Shown: piece after piece, positions 10,316 to 19,564 of the stretch
Layout: every line of letters starts with the position of its first letter
Numbering within the stretch: the first letter of the stretch is position 1
Made by a program: the position numbers and the translations under genes
NCBI GenBank assembly: GCA_046351555.1
Contig: JAXLYI010000006.1
Coordinates: 378,284 to 442,283, forward strand
Reading direction: 5' to 3'
DNA length: 64,000 bases
Source of the DNA: Polyangiales bacterium
GTDB taxonomy: Bacteria > Myxococcota_A > Polyangia > Polyangiales > Ga0077539
Notes under the pieces: generated by a model
The model's input: only the letters and a program-made list of their open reading frames with translations
Told to the model about the DNA's origin: nothing
The model's database searches: none

Positions 10316-10666
10316 ATGGACCGCCGCGAACGCCTGGCCCGCAACCCCTTCCTCGTGCTCGGCCTCGCGCCCGACGCCGCGCGCGCCGACGTCGAGCGCG
10401 CCGCGCAGAAGCTCCTCGGATTGCTCGCCGTCGGGGCCAGCGCCGCGAAGCGCTACGCCACGCCCTCCGGCGAGCGCGAGCGCACCGAGGACGACGTCCG
10501 CGCCGCCGCCGCCGAGCTGCGCGACCCGGCCCGCCGCGCCCTCCACGAGCTGTGGGCGGAGGCGCCTGCAACACCGGGAGACGCAGCGCCCGACGTGGGG
10601 GAAGGGCCGCGCTGGGAGGGCGCGCTCGCCGACCTCGGGCTCGCGGCGCGGAGGCCCACGTCGTGA
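10316..10666 (+). CDS. J-domain-like protein
   Basis: NPFLVLGLAPDAARADVERAAQKLL resembles the J-domain helix II region. Stop overlaps the GTG start of the next gene (GTGA). Confidence 0.45.
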   Translation: MDRRERLARNPFLVLGLAPDAARADVERAAQKLLGLLAVGASAAKRYATPSGERERTEDDVRAAAAELRDPARRALHELWAEAPATPGDAAPDVGEGPRWEGALADLGLAARRPTS

Positions 10667-12135
10667 TCCCCTGGGGCGCCATCGCCGTCGCCGCCTGGGC
10701 CGCGTCGCGGGGCCTCGACCCCAACCGCCCGCCGAGCCCCGGGCTCCCGCTCGCCTTCCTCGTCGTCGTCGCGCGGTGGGGGCTCGCGCTGGCCGTCGTC
10801 GTCGCCGCGTCGGGGCTCGCGGGCATGTGGCCGCCGGGCGCGCCCGTCGTGATGCCGTTGGGGCTCGCGCTCGCGTTCGTGCTCACGCGGCCGACGGTTC
10901 TGCTCGAGCGCGTGCTCGTCCCGCGCGGCCTCGCGCGCGCCGCGTACTGGTGGGCGTACGTCACCGTGCCCATGACCGCGCTCTACGACACCCCGGGGGG
11001 CCGCGCCTTCTACGCCGCGCGCGCGCTGCTCCGCCGGCCGACGCCCGACGCCGACGCCGCCACGCTGGCCGAGCGCGCGCTCACCGCCCCGCGCACGACG
11101 CAGCGGACGGGGCTCTCGGTGGCGGCCGAGGGGCTCCTCGCCATCGCGCGGGGCTCGGTCGACCACGGGCGCGTCCTCCTCGCGTCGCTCGATGCGCTCG
11201 ACGAGGGGGCCGTCCGCGCGGCGGCGCGCGTTGTCGCGCGGACGTGGCTCGTGGCCGACGCGCTCGCCGCGGGCGACGTCGAGCGGGCGCTCCGCCACAC
11301 GCAGGGCCCCGGCTTCACCGCGTGGCCCGCGCTCGTGCGCGTCGAGGTCGAACGGGCCCGCGGGGTGAAGTTGCCCTGGTGGAGAGAGCCGCGGCGCTGG
11401 GCGCTGTGGGTTCTTTCGCCGGCGCGGCGTGCGACGAGGCGCTTCCTCGACGGGTGGCGCGAGCGGACGCTGACGCTCCCCGCGGAGGCGGGCGACGCGC
11501 TGGCCGACGCCCTCGCGGTGCACCGGCTCCTGCTGGCCGCGGACGCTCGGACGAAGGGCTACGCCACCGCGCTGGCCGAGGCGTGCCGGCGCTGGGAGGC
11601 CGCGCTCGCGTCGAACGCGCTGCGGGCCCGCGTCGAGCGCCGCAAGCTCGCGCTCAACCTCGCGGAGGAGGCGCCGGCGCTGCTCGATCGCTTCGCGGCG
11701 GAGGTGGAGGGCGACCTGACGGCCTTCGCGTCGGCGGTCGACGGCCCGCTCGCCGAGCTCGACGCCACGACCCTCGGCGAGCGCGTCCGGTACGCCGTGC
11801 GCGAGGCCGACTGCGGCGAGGTCGAGGCGCTGCTCGGCACCCTGCGCGCGCAGACCAACGGGGACTTCCCCGCGACGCCCGAGGCATGGGCGCTCTTCGC
11901 GCGGCTGCGCGACCGGACCGACGCGGCCCTGCGGCGCCACGGCGACGACGCGCGCGACGCGCTGGCGTCGGAGATCTTCCACGGCGCCACCAACTGGACC
12001 TGCCGGCTCTACAACGAGCGCCGCGAGCGCGCGCTCGGCCGCGCGGTGTTCGTGTGGATCCGCGCCCACGCCGACGCGCTCCCCGCGAAGGACCTCCAGC
12101 TCGCCATCAAGAACGCCCGCGTCGCCGCCCACTGA
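10663..12135 (+). CDS. hypothetical membrane protein (N-terminal TM helices plus a large Ala/Arg-rich helical domain)
   Basis: GTG at 10663 overlaps the upstream stop. Three to four hydrophobic helices in the first 130 aa; high GC3 throughout. Confidence 0.5.
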   Translation: MIPWGAIAVAAWAASRGLDPNRPPSPGLPLAFLVVVARWGLALAVVVAASGLAGMWPPGAPVVMPLGLALAFVLTRPTVLLERVLVPRGLARAAYWWAYVTVPMTALYDTPGGRAFYAARALLRRPTPDADAATLAERALTAPRTTQRTGLSVAAEGLLAIARGSVDHGRVLLASLDALDEGAVRAAARVVARTWLVADALAAGDVERALRHTQGPGFTAWPALVRVEVERARGVKLPWWREPRRWALWVLSPARRATRRFLDGWRERTLTLPAEAGDALADALAVHRLLLAADARTKGYATALAEACRRWEAALASNALRARVERRKLALNLAEEAPALLDRFAAEVEGDLTAFASAVDGPLAELDATTLGERVRYAVREADCGEVEALLGTLRAQTNGDFPATPEAWALFARLRDRTDAALRRHGDDARDALASEIFHGATNWTCRLYNERRERALGRAVFVWIRAHADALPAKDLQLAIKNARVAAH

Positions 12136-12181
12136 CCGCGCCGGGGGATCGCGGGGTGTGGCCTGCGCGCAGACCGGCGGC

Positions 12182-12210
12182 GGGCAGTGGGCAGTGGGCA
12201 GTGGGCAGCG
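12182..12210. repeat. (GGGCAGTG)x3-4 tandem octamer in a convergent intergenic region
   Basis: Direct reading: cgggcagtgggcagtgggcagtgggcagcggg. Confidence 0.7.
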
Positions 12211-12222
12211 GGAGGCGCGTCG

Positions 12223-13008
12223 TCAGCCGACGGGCGGGGCGGGGGTCTTCGGGGCAGGCGCCTTGCGCTTGGCGAGGCCGAGTCGGATGAGCAGGTCGCG
12301 GCGGGAGATCACCGCCCGCGCGGTCGTCGACCACTCCTCGAACCACCCCTTGAGCGCGCGCTGCGCGTCGCGGCGCTTCGCGGTGCGCGCGGCCTCGGCG
12401 GCGGGCTGGAGCTCGACCGACTCGGTGCTCCCGAGGGCCACCTGCACGAGGCCCCCGAGGCGCGTGCGCTCGTCGCGGTCGAGGCCGCGCTGCGCGAGGA
12501 GTTCGACCGCACCCTTGCACTCGGCCGCGGGGACGTCGCGGAAGAGCTCGCTCGCGGTCGCCACCGCGTCGCTCGCCTTCTTGTCCTCGCCGTTGCGCGC
12601 CGCGTGCTCGCAGCCGTCGACGCGCAGGAGCAGCGTGGCGACGCCCTGCACCGCGGCCGCGCCCGTCGACGCGGTGAGGTCGCGGAACATCCGCTCGCCC
12701 ACCGCGGGGAAGCGCCGGTCGAGCGCGGCCTGGTAGCGCGCGAAGTTGGGCTCGTCCCAGGCGTCGAGCGCGGCCACCGCGTTGCGCTGCTGCTGCGCCC
12801 CCGCGGAGTCGCGCTTCGCGGCCTCGGCCGGCGGCAGCGCGAGGCACGCGGTGAGGAGCCGCGTCCCCTCCTCGACGTCGGCGTCGCGCATCCCGGCGTT
12901 CTCCAGCAGCGTGCGGATCACCGCGCTCCCGCCCACGCCGGAGATGAAGCGCGTCACCCGCGACGGCGTCTCCTCCAGCAGGCTGTCCGACCACTCGACC
13001 TTCTCCAT
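12223..13008 (-). CDS. hypothetical protein
   Basis: ATG at 13006-13008 preceded by AAGGAGGA. 262 aa, high GC3, no recognisable domain. Confidence 0.45.
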   Translation of the reverse strand: MEKVEWSDSLLEETPSRVTRFISGVGGSAVIRTLLENAGMRDADVEEGTRLLTACLALPPAEAAKRDSAGAQQQRNAVAALDAWDEPNFARYQAALDRRFPAVGERMFRDLTASTGAAAVQGVATLLLRVDGCEHAARNGEDKKASDAVATASELFRDVPAAECKGAVELLAQRGLDRDERTRLGGLVQVALGSTESVELQPAAEAARTAKRRDAQRALKGWFEEWSTTARAVISRRDLLIRLGLAKRKAPAPKTPAPPVG

Positions 13009-13137
13009 CGTCGTCCTCCTTCTCGTGGGTGCGTGGCGAACCGTCGCCCCACCCACCGCCACCATAGGAGAAGCCACGCGTGGCCGACGCCGAGGACAGG
13101 TCGAATCCCGACTTCACACACCGGGGCGCCGCGGAGA

Positions 13138-13306
13138 CCTTCGCCGACGCTCCGGGGGCTTCGCCGACGTCCCCGAAGGCCATCGCCACGCGCAGGAAGC
13201 TGTTTTCAAAGGGCTTCGTGAGGCTGCACGGCGTGCGGGAGGGCGGTGGCCGCGCGGAGGAGGCGGATTTCCGGCGTCGGCGAAGCTCCCGGAGCGTCGG
13301 CGAAGG
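13138..13306. promoter_or_regulatory. operator-like inverted repeat: 32-bp arms (31/32 match), each with 2 copies of CTTCGCCGACG, 105 bp apart
   Basis: Left arm 13138-13169 ccttcgccgacgctccgggggcttcgccgacg; right arm 13275-13306 is its reverse complement with one mismatch. Sits in the 500-bp divergent region between the 12223-13008(-) gene and the small-ORF / S8 peptidase locus. Confidence 0.6.
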
Positions 13307-13509
13307 ACTCCGGGCGGTGGCGGAGGGGTTCGCGGGCATCGCCGAGGTGCACCGCGTCGGCGGCGACCTCTGGGTCCTCGTCGAAGACGTCGACGTGCCC
13401 CGCGAGTACCGCATCAGCCACGCGCTCGGCGACCTCGTCGACGACTACCAACTCGTCCCCCGCCGCCTCCACCGCTGACCTCTCCGCCCCCTCTGGTACG
13501 CTCGCGCTC

Positions 13510-13782
13510 GTGCGCATCACCGTGACCGTCTCCGCGCCCGTGGCCCGCTCGCTGCGCGGCCTCGCCCCACCCACCGACGCCTCCCGCGCGCTCCTCGCGT
13601 GCGCCGCGGGCGTCGGCGCATCGCTCGCCCCGCAGCACCCGCGCGCCCACGACGGCCCGCTGGCCGGCTACTTCACCGCGACGCTCGCGCCCGGACGCCC
13701 GCCGGAGGCCGCGCTCGCCGCCTTGCGCGCCGACCCCTCCGTCGAAGGCGCCTGGTCCACGCCCGCGGAGGAACTCCCGTGA
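13510..13782 (+). CDS. small protein resembling a subtilisin propeptide (inhibitor I9-like)
   Basis: High-GC3 frame ending in TGA that overlaps the GTG start of the S8 peptidase. C-terminal ...AALAALRADPSVEGAWSTP parallels ...ALAVTLRALPFVEGAYVKP inside the peptidase N-terminus. Start is uncertain (GTG 13510). Confidence 0.35.
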   Translation: MRITVTVSAPVARSLRGLAPPTDASRALLACAAGVGASLAPQHPRAHDGPLAGYFTATLAPGRPPEAALAALRADPSVEGAWSTPAEELP

Positions 13783-15587
13783 CCCGCCGCCAGCTCATCG
13801 TGGTGATGCCCCCCGCGCGCGCGAACGACGTCGCGCTCCTCGACGCGCTCGGCGACGCGCTCCTCGGGCCGCTGCTCGCGTCGGCGGACGACGCGCTCGC
13901 GCGCTTCCATACGGTCGACGCGCCCGACGCGGCGCTCGACGCGCTCGCGGTCACCCTGCGCGCGCTCCCCTTCGTGGAGGGGGCGTACGTGAAGCCCGCC
14001 GACGCGCTCCCGGTCCGCGCGATGCCGACGCCGCGCGTGCGTGACGGGGGCGACGCGACGCCGGATTTCACGCCGCGCCAGGGCTACCTCGGCCCGGCGC
14101 CCGCGGGCGTCGACGCGGCCGCGGCGTGGGCCCTGCCGGGTGGGCGCGGCGCGGACGTCCACGTCATCGACGTCGAGGGCGGCTGGGACTTCGAACACGA
14201 AGACCTCCGCGTGAACAAGGGCGGCGTGGTGACGGGGACGCCCTTCCGCGACCGCTACTGGCGCGACCATGGGACGGCGGTGCTCGGCGTGGTGGCGGGC
14301 GACGCCAACGCCTTCGGGGTGACCGGCATCGCGCCCGACGCGCGGGCCAGCGCGGCATCGCACCGGGGCCGCGGGACGGCGCCGGCGATCTACGACGCGG
14401 CCGAGCTCCTCTCGCCGGGCGACGTCATCCTCGTCGAGGCGCACCGGCCGGGGCCCCGCTTCGACTACGAGCCTCGCCCCGACCAGCGCGGCTACATCGC
14501 GATCGAGTGGTGGCCCGACGACCTCGCCGTCATCGCGCACGTCACCGCGCGCGGCGTCCTCGTGGTGGAGGCCGCGGGCAACGGCGCGGAGGACCTCGAC
14601 GACCCGCTCTACGACGTCCCGGGGGAGGGCTTTCCGCGCGACTGGGTCAACCCCTTCCAGCGGGCGCGGGACACCGGCGCGATCTTCGTGGGCGCGGGCG
14701 CGCCGCCGCCCGGCACGCACGGTCGCGACGTGCACGGCCCTGACCGGAGCCGCCTCGACTTCTCCAACCACGGGTCGAGCGTCGACGCGCAGGGCTGGGG
14801 CCGCGAGGTCACCACCGCGGGCTACGGCGACCTCCAGAACGTCGACGAGCACCGCGCCTACACCGACATGTTCTCGGGCACCTCCAGCGCGTCGCCGGTG
14901 GTGGTCGGCGCGCTCGCGTGCGTGCAGGGCGTGCTCCGCGCGGCCTCGCGGCCCCCGCTCACGCCCGCACAGGCCCGCGCGCTCCTGCGGACGTGCGGCT
15001 CACCGCAGGCCGACCGCGGGTCGGTCCCCGCTTCGAAGACGCCCATCGGCCCGCGCCCCGACCTGCGGAAGATGCTCGCCGCCGTCGAGTCGCCGCTGCT
15101 CCCGGTGGCGGTCGGCGATCGGCGCGTGTGGCTGGCGACGGACTGGTCGCGCGGGCCCGTCGCGCTCTACACGCTCACCGCGGGCGACACCGCGAGCGGG
15201 CGAGTGGAGCTCGACGTGTTCGATACGAACGGCGCGCGGCGCGGGCGCTTCGTGACGGGCGTCGACGCGAAGCCCGGCGCGGCGCTGACGTGGGCGCTGG
15301 CCGAGCGCGACGAGGGGGCGCCCGACCTCCACGCGATCGACCTGCGCGGCGACGACGGGCGCGCGACGGTGCGCGTGCTCCGCGCGGACGACGGCTACGC
15401 GCGCGTCCGCGAGGTGCTGCGGATGCCCGCGACGGAGGCGGTGGGCGTCGGGCGCGCGGAGACGAGCGACGTGGAGCGGCTGGTGTTCTGGGCCGACGAG
15501 GCGACGCTCTGCGTGGTGCGCGAGACGGCGCTGGGGCTCGCGGTCGTGCGGCGTCACCCGCCCGCGAAGAACGCCCGCCCGCGGTGA
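13780..15587 (+). CDS. S8-family serine peptidase (subtilisin-like) with an N-terminal propeptide-like region
   Basis: Asp (VHVIDVEGGWD), His (HGTAVLGVVAG) and Ser (GTSSASPVV) catalytic motifs in D-H-S order. GGAGG precedes GTG 13780. Confidence 0.8.
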
Positions 15588-15642
15588 GCGCACGTGCGCC
15601 GGAAAGTGGCGCCGCCGCCCGTTCCCGTGCGAGGCCCTGGGG

Positions 15643-16554
15643 GTGAACCGCACGCCCTTCGACACATACGCAAAGGACCTGACGGCGGCGGTGGTGTCCC
15701 GCTTCGGCGTGGCCGAGAGCGACGCACGGCTGTCCGCGGAGCCGCAGTTCGCCGACCTGCGCTTCGTCCTCGACCCGGCCCGGCGGCCCAGGCGCCCGCG
15801 CGACTTCCTCGAGCGGCTGCTCGCCCCGCAAGAGCTCTTCGAGTTCGCGCAGAGGCCGCCGAGTTCGGCGGTGATCAGCTCGTGGCTGCGCAAGCGCGAC
15901 GTGTGGTGGCAGGCGCTCATCCTCGACGCGGAGAAGCGCAAGGCGCGCCCGCCGGAAAAGCCGCCGTACCTCTGCGCGCTCTGCGCGGGGGACCCGGTGG
16001 AGGGGCGGCGCCGGCAGTGGCTTCGCCCGTGGCCGGGGCGCCCCGGGTGCTGGGTGGGCCCGCCGGACGCGACCTTCCGCCTGGTGGTGATCCCGAGGCT
16101 GCCGGAGGAGCGGGCGACGCTGCTGGTGCGGACGATGGGCGCGGGCGCGACGCGGGAGCGGGCGCTGCGCGAGCTGGAGGCCCTTCCGCCCGACGCGCCG
16201 GAGCGTATAGTTTCCGCGCGCATGGTGGTGCGTCTGCACCTGGAGCTGGTGAAGCAACCCGACCTCGACCTCGACGCCAGGAGGACCCTGATGGAGACCC
16301 AGAAGCTCTACGACCAGTTGATGCAACACCAGCTCGAGCGGGGCATCGAGCGGGGCATCGAGCGGGGCATCGAGCGGGGGACGTTGGGCACGCTCCGCGA
16401 CACGGTGGTGCAGGTGTTGGAGGCGCGGGGCATCGCGCTCTCCGCTGCGCAGCGGGCGAAGGTCGCAGCCGAGTCCGACCCCGCCGTGCTCCGGCGCTGG
16501 ATCACGCGCGCGGCGACGGCGTCGTCGGGCCGAGCGGTCTTCGCGCAGACGTAG
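15643..16554 (+). CDS. DUF4351-type C-terminal domain protein (Rpn/YhgA-like family?), with an (ERGI)x4 tandem repeat
   Basis: C-terminal ...VLEARGIALSAAQRAKVAAESDPAVLRRWITRAATASS resembles the DUF4351 tail of Rpn-family proteins. A 12-bp tandem (gagcggggcatc)x4 encodes the ERGI repeats. GTG start. Confidence 0.5.
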   Translation: MNRTPFDTYAKDLTAAVVSRFGVAESDARLSAEPQFADLRFVLDPARRPRRPRDFLERLLAPQELFEFAQRPPSSAVISSWLRKRDVWWQALILDAEKRKARPPEKPPYLCALCAGDPVEGRRRQWLRPWPGRPGCWVGPPDATFRLVVIPRLPEERATLLVRTMGAGATRERALRELEALPPDAPERIVSARMVVRLHLELVKQPDLDLDARRTLMETQKLYDQLMQHQLERGIERGIERGIERGTLGTLRDTVVQVLEARGIALSAAQRAKVAAESDPAVLRRWITRAATASSGRAVFAQT

Positions 16555-16557
16555 ACG

Positions 16558-17502
16558 TCACCCGCCGGCGAAGAACTCCCCCTGGTCGACGTAGCGGATG
16601 CCCGCGCGCGCCGCGAAGGTGCGATCGGTGGTCATGTCGCCCACCATCGTCGTGTGGGCGCGCGAGAGCTTGTGGCGCTCGATGAAGGCCACCGCGAGGC
16701 CCGGCATCGGCTTGCGGCAGAAGCAGTTGATGGGGGCGGGCTCGTGCGGGCAGAAGGCCACCTCCACGTCGAGCCCGAGCAGCTCGTTGGTGCGGGCGAA
16801 GCACGCGCGCGCCGTCTCCTCGGTGAGCTCGCCCTTCGAGACGCCGCTCTGGTTCGACACGCCGAGGAGCTTGTACCCCTGGGCGGCGTAGCGCCGGAGC
16901 ACCTCCGCGCGGCCCGGGAGCAGCTCGACGTCGTCGGGGGACGTCGGGTATTTCGCGCCGCTCTTCGTCCGGCGAAGGGTGCCGTCGTAGTCGACGAGCA
17001 CGGCCTTGTTCACGTACCCCGCGGGCTGTGATGCGCGGGCGAAGCGGGCGCGCTCGACGGCGGTGAATCCCTCGGCCACCGTGGGCTCCTCGAACACCTT
17101 GCGGTGGCGGAAGAGAACCGCGGGCGGGAAGGTGTTGGGGTCCTGGCGGGCGAGCTTCTTGATCTCCGCGGGCGACGGGAGCGACCCGTACTTCCGCACC
17201 ATGCGCTCGGCGGCGTTGTACTGGGCGTCTTCGATGGTGGTGTCGAGGACGACGGCGCGCACCGGCACACCGCGCGCCCGGCCGAGCGCGAGGATGGACG
17301 CGCGCGAGGCGCGGTCCGCGTAGGTGTTGTCGAGCACCACCGGGGCGCCCTCGTCGAGCGCGGCGGCGGCGAGGGGGACGAGGTCGTCGAGGGTCTTGTC
17401 CCCGAGCGAGTCGCGGTTGAGGCGGCGGTGCGCGGGGAAATGCGCGAGCGCCCACGACGATTTCCCCGACGCGGGGTAGCCCATGACCAGCACGATCTCC
17501 AT
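16558..17502 (-). CDS. bifunctional polynucleotide 5'-kinase / 3'-phosphatase (T4 Pnk-like order: P-loop kinase then HAD phosphatase)
   Basis: N-terminal MGYPASGKSS P-loop plus DNTY. C-terminal HAD motifs DYDGTL...GVSNQSG...GDMTTD and a Cys cluster (CPHEPAPINCFCRKP), as in the GmhB/PNKP phosphatase family. Confidence 0.7.
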   Translation of the reverse strand: MEIVLVMGYPASGKSSWALAHFPAHRRLNRDSLGDKTLDDLVPLAAAALDEGAPVVLDNTYADRASRASILALGRARGVPVRAVVLDTTIEDAQYNAAERMVRKYGSLPSPAEIKKLARQDPNTFPPAVLFRHRKVFEEPTVAEGFTAVERARFARASQPAGYVNKAVLVDYDGTLRRTKSGAKYPTSPDDVELLPGRAEVLRRYAAQGYKLLGVSNQSGVSKGELTEETARACFARTNELLGLDVEVAFCPHEPAPINCFCRKPMPGLAVAFIERHKLSRAHTTMVGDMTTDRTFAARAGIRYVDQGEFFAGG

Positions 17503-17582
17503 GGCGCCGCGGAGGGTACCAGAGGCGCCGCCCGCGAAGTGTCGCTTGACGCTCCGCCCGCTCCCACAGGAACATCCCGCCG

Positions 17583-18065
17583 ATGCCGACGCTCCGCCCG
17601 TACCGCGAGACCGACTGGGACGACTTCCTCGCCCTCGACCTCGAGACCGGCGACGCGACGCTCCGGTACGCCTCCGAGGCCGCGCGGGCGCGCTTCCGCG
17701 CGCGCTGGCCCGACGTGCTGCGCGAGCGCTACGGGTGGTCGGCCGCCGGGCCCACCGCCGACAAGGCCGCGCTCTACGTGCTCGAGGACGACGACGGCGG
17801 CTACGCCGGGCACCTCTGGCTCTCCGAGGAAGACGACGTGCGGACGGGCATCCCCCGGCTGTGGGTCAACACCATGGCCATCGTGCGCAAGCACCGCTCG
17901 CGTGGCTGGGGGCGGCTGCTGGTCGAGAAGGCCGAGGAGGTGGCGCGCGCCCGCGGCCTCGGCGGCATCGGCCTCGGCGTCGACGCCGACAACGTCGTCG
18001 CCCGCAAGCTCTACGAGGAGATGGGCTTCGAAACCGTCCGCCTGCGGATGATCCGCGACCTCTGA
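17583..18065 (+). CDS. GNAT-family N-acetyltransferase
   Basis: RSRGWGRLLVEKAEEVARARG is the acetyl-CoA binding motif A; ends ...KLYEEMGFE. Confidence 0.8.
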   Translation: MPTLRPYRETDWDDFLALDLETGDATLRYASEAARARFRARWPDVLRERYGWSAAGPTADKAALYVLEDDDGGYAGHLWLSEEDDVRTGIPRLWVNTMAIVRKHRSRGWGRLLVEKAEEVARARGLGGIGLGVDADNVVARKLYEEMGFETVRLRMIRDL

Positions 18066-18077
18066 CCCGCGCGGTGC

Positions 18078-19427
18078 CTACGCGCCGCGCTCGAGGTCGT
18101 GCTTGCGGATGAGGCGGTGCACGTAGGTGCGGTCGAGGCCGGCGGCCTGGGCGACGGCGGAGACGTTCCAGTGGTGGCGCTGGAGGAGGCCGGCGACGTA
18201 GGCGCGCTCGAGGTGGTCGAGCCAGCGCTCGCGGAGGTCTTTGAAGGGCTGGTCGAGGTCGACCGAGGGGAGCCCGTCGGCCCCGGCGCCCTCGGGCTTC
18301 TTCTGCCCCGCGGGGATCATCGCGAGCGCCTCCTTCGCGCCGAGGGCCACCGCGCGCTCGACGAAGTTGCGCAGCTCGCGCACGTTGCCGAGCCACGGCC
18401 GCGCGGCGAGCTCGCGCATGAGCTCCGGCGGCAGCGCGCCCCCCGCGCCCGGCGGCAGGAAGTGCTGGACGAGCAGGGGAATGTCCTCCGCGCGGCCCCG
18501 CAACGGCGGCACGGCCACGGGCAGCACCGCGAGGCGGAAGTAGAGGTCCTCGCGGAAGGCGCCCGAGTTGACCATCGTGCGCAGGTCGCGGTGCGTGGCC
18601 GACACGATGCGCACGTTGACCTTGCGGTAGGCGCTCTCGCCGATGCGCCGCACCGCGCGCGACTCGATCGCCCGCAGGAGCTTGGGCTGCATCGAGAGCG
18701 GCAGCTCGCCGACCTCGTCGAGGAAGACGGTCCCCCCCTCGGCCGTCTCGAAGGCGCCCGCCCGCGCGTTGGCCGCGCCGGTGAAGGCCCCCTTGGCGTG
18801 GCCGAAGAGCTCGGCCTCGAGGAGGTTCTCGGGCAGCGCGCCGCAGTCGACGATGACGAAGGGCTCCGCCGCGCGGGGCGACGCGCCGTGGATCGCCTCG
18901 GCGACGAGCTCCTTGCCCGTGCCCGTCTCCCCCTGCACGAGCACGGTGGAGTCCGTCGCCGCGATGCGGGCCAGCCGCGCGAAGAGCTCGCGCATCGCCA
19001 TCGAGCGCCCGAGCAGCGGCCCGAAGCGCCCGTCGGGGTGCAGCTCCACCGGCGAGGGGGCGGGCTCGTAGCTCACCGTGAGGGACGTCGCCCCCGCCTG
19101 CACGCGCCCGCCGTCGGGCACGCGCGCCGACTGGACCAGCACGCCCTCGACGAAGGTGCCGTTCCTGCTCCCGAGGTCGCGCACCCAGACGCCGTCGTCG
19201 CGCGCTTCGAACTCGAGGTGGAGGCGCGACACCGCCGGGTCGCTCACCACCAGGTCGACCCCGGGCGCGGCCCCGAGCACCGCGCGCCCGTCGAGCGCGG
19301 CGGCGTGGGGCCCCGAGGCGTCCTGCCAGGCGACCCGCGGCCGGCGCCGCGTGGCGGTGAGCGTCGCGCCGAGCGCGTCCCGCTGCACGACCGTGACGTT
19401 GGGCAAAGGCCCCGCTCGTTCAGCCAT
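18078..19427 (-). CDS. sigma54-dependent transcriptional activator with an N-terminal FHA domain
   Basis: FHA (GRAVLGAAPGVDLVVSDPAVSRLHLEF...GSRNGTFVEG), AAA+ sigma54 domain (GETGTGKE, GAFTGA, ELFGH), C-terminal HTH. Confidence 0.85.
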   Translation of the reverse strand: MAERAGPLPNVTVVQRDALGATLTATRRRPRVAWQDASGPHAAALDGRAVLGAAPGVDLVVSDPAVSRLHLEFEARDDGVWVRDLGSRNGTFVEGVLVQSARVPDGGRVQAGATSLTVSYEPAPSPVELHPDGRFGPLLGRSMAMRELFARLARIAATDSTVLVQGETGTGKELVAEAIHGASPRAAEPFVIVDCGALPENLLEAELFGHAKGAFTGAANARAGAFETAEGGTVFLDEVGELPLSMQPKLLRAIESRAVRRIGESAYRKVNVRIVSATHRDLRTMVNSGAFREDLYFRLAVLPVAVPPLRGRAEDIPLLVQHFLPPGAGGALPPELMRELAARPWLGNVRELRNFVERAVALGAKEALAMIPAGQKKPEGAGADGLPSVDLDQPFKDLRERWLDHLERAYVAGLLQRHHWNVSAVAQAAGLDRTYVHRLIRKHDLERGA

Positions 19428-19564
19428 CGGGGGCGACGATACACCAGCCTCCGCGGGAAAGATCCACCCGTCGCGGCCGCGCGCCCCGCCGCCGGGTGGA
19501 GCGTCTTCGTACGCCCGCCGCGAAGCTCAAGTGTTCGAGCGCCACGCCGTTGGAGAGTGATGTT

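Noticed and set aside
13206-13574. 122-aa minus-strand ORF antisense to the small + frames upstream of the S8 peptidase
   Set aside because: It shares third positions with the + frame, so GC3 is uninformative. The + orientation is preferred because of stop-start coupling to the peptidase, but this is not settled (low confidence either way).
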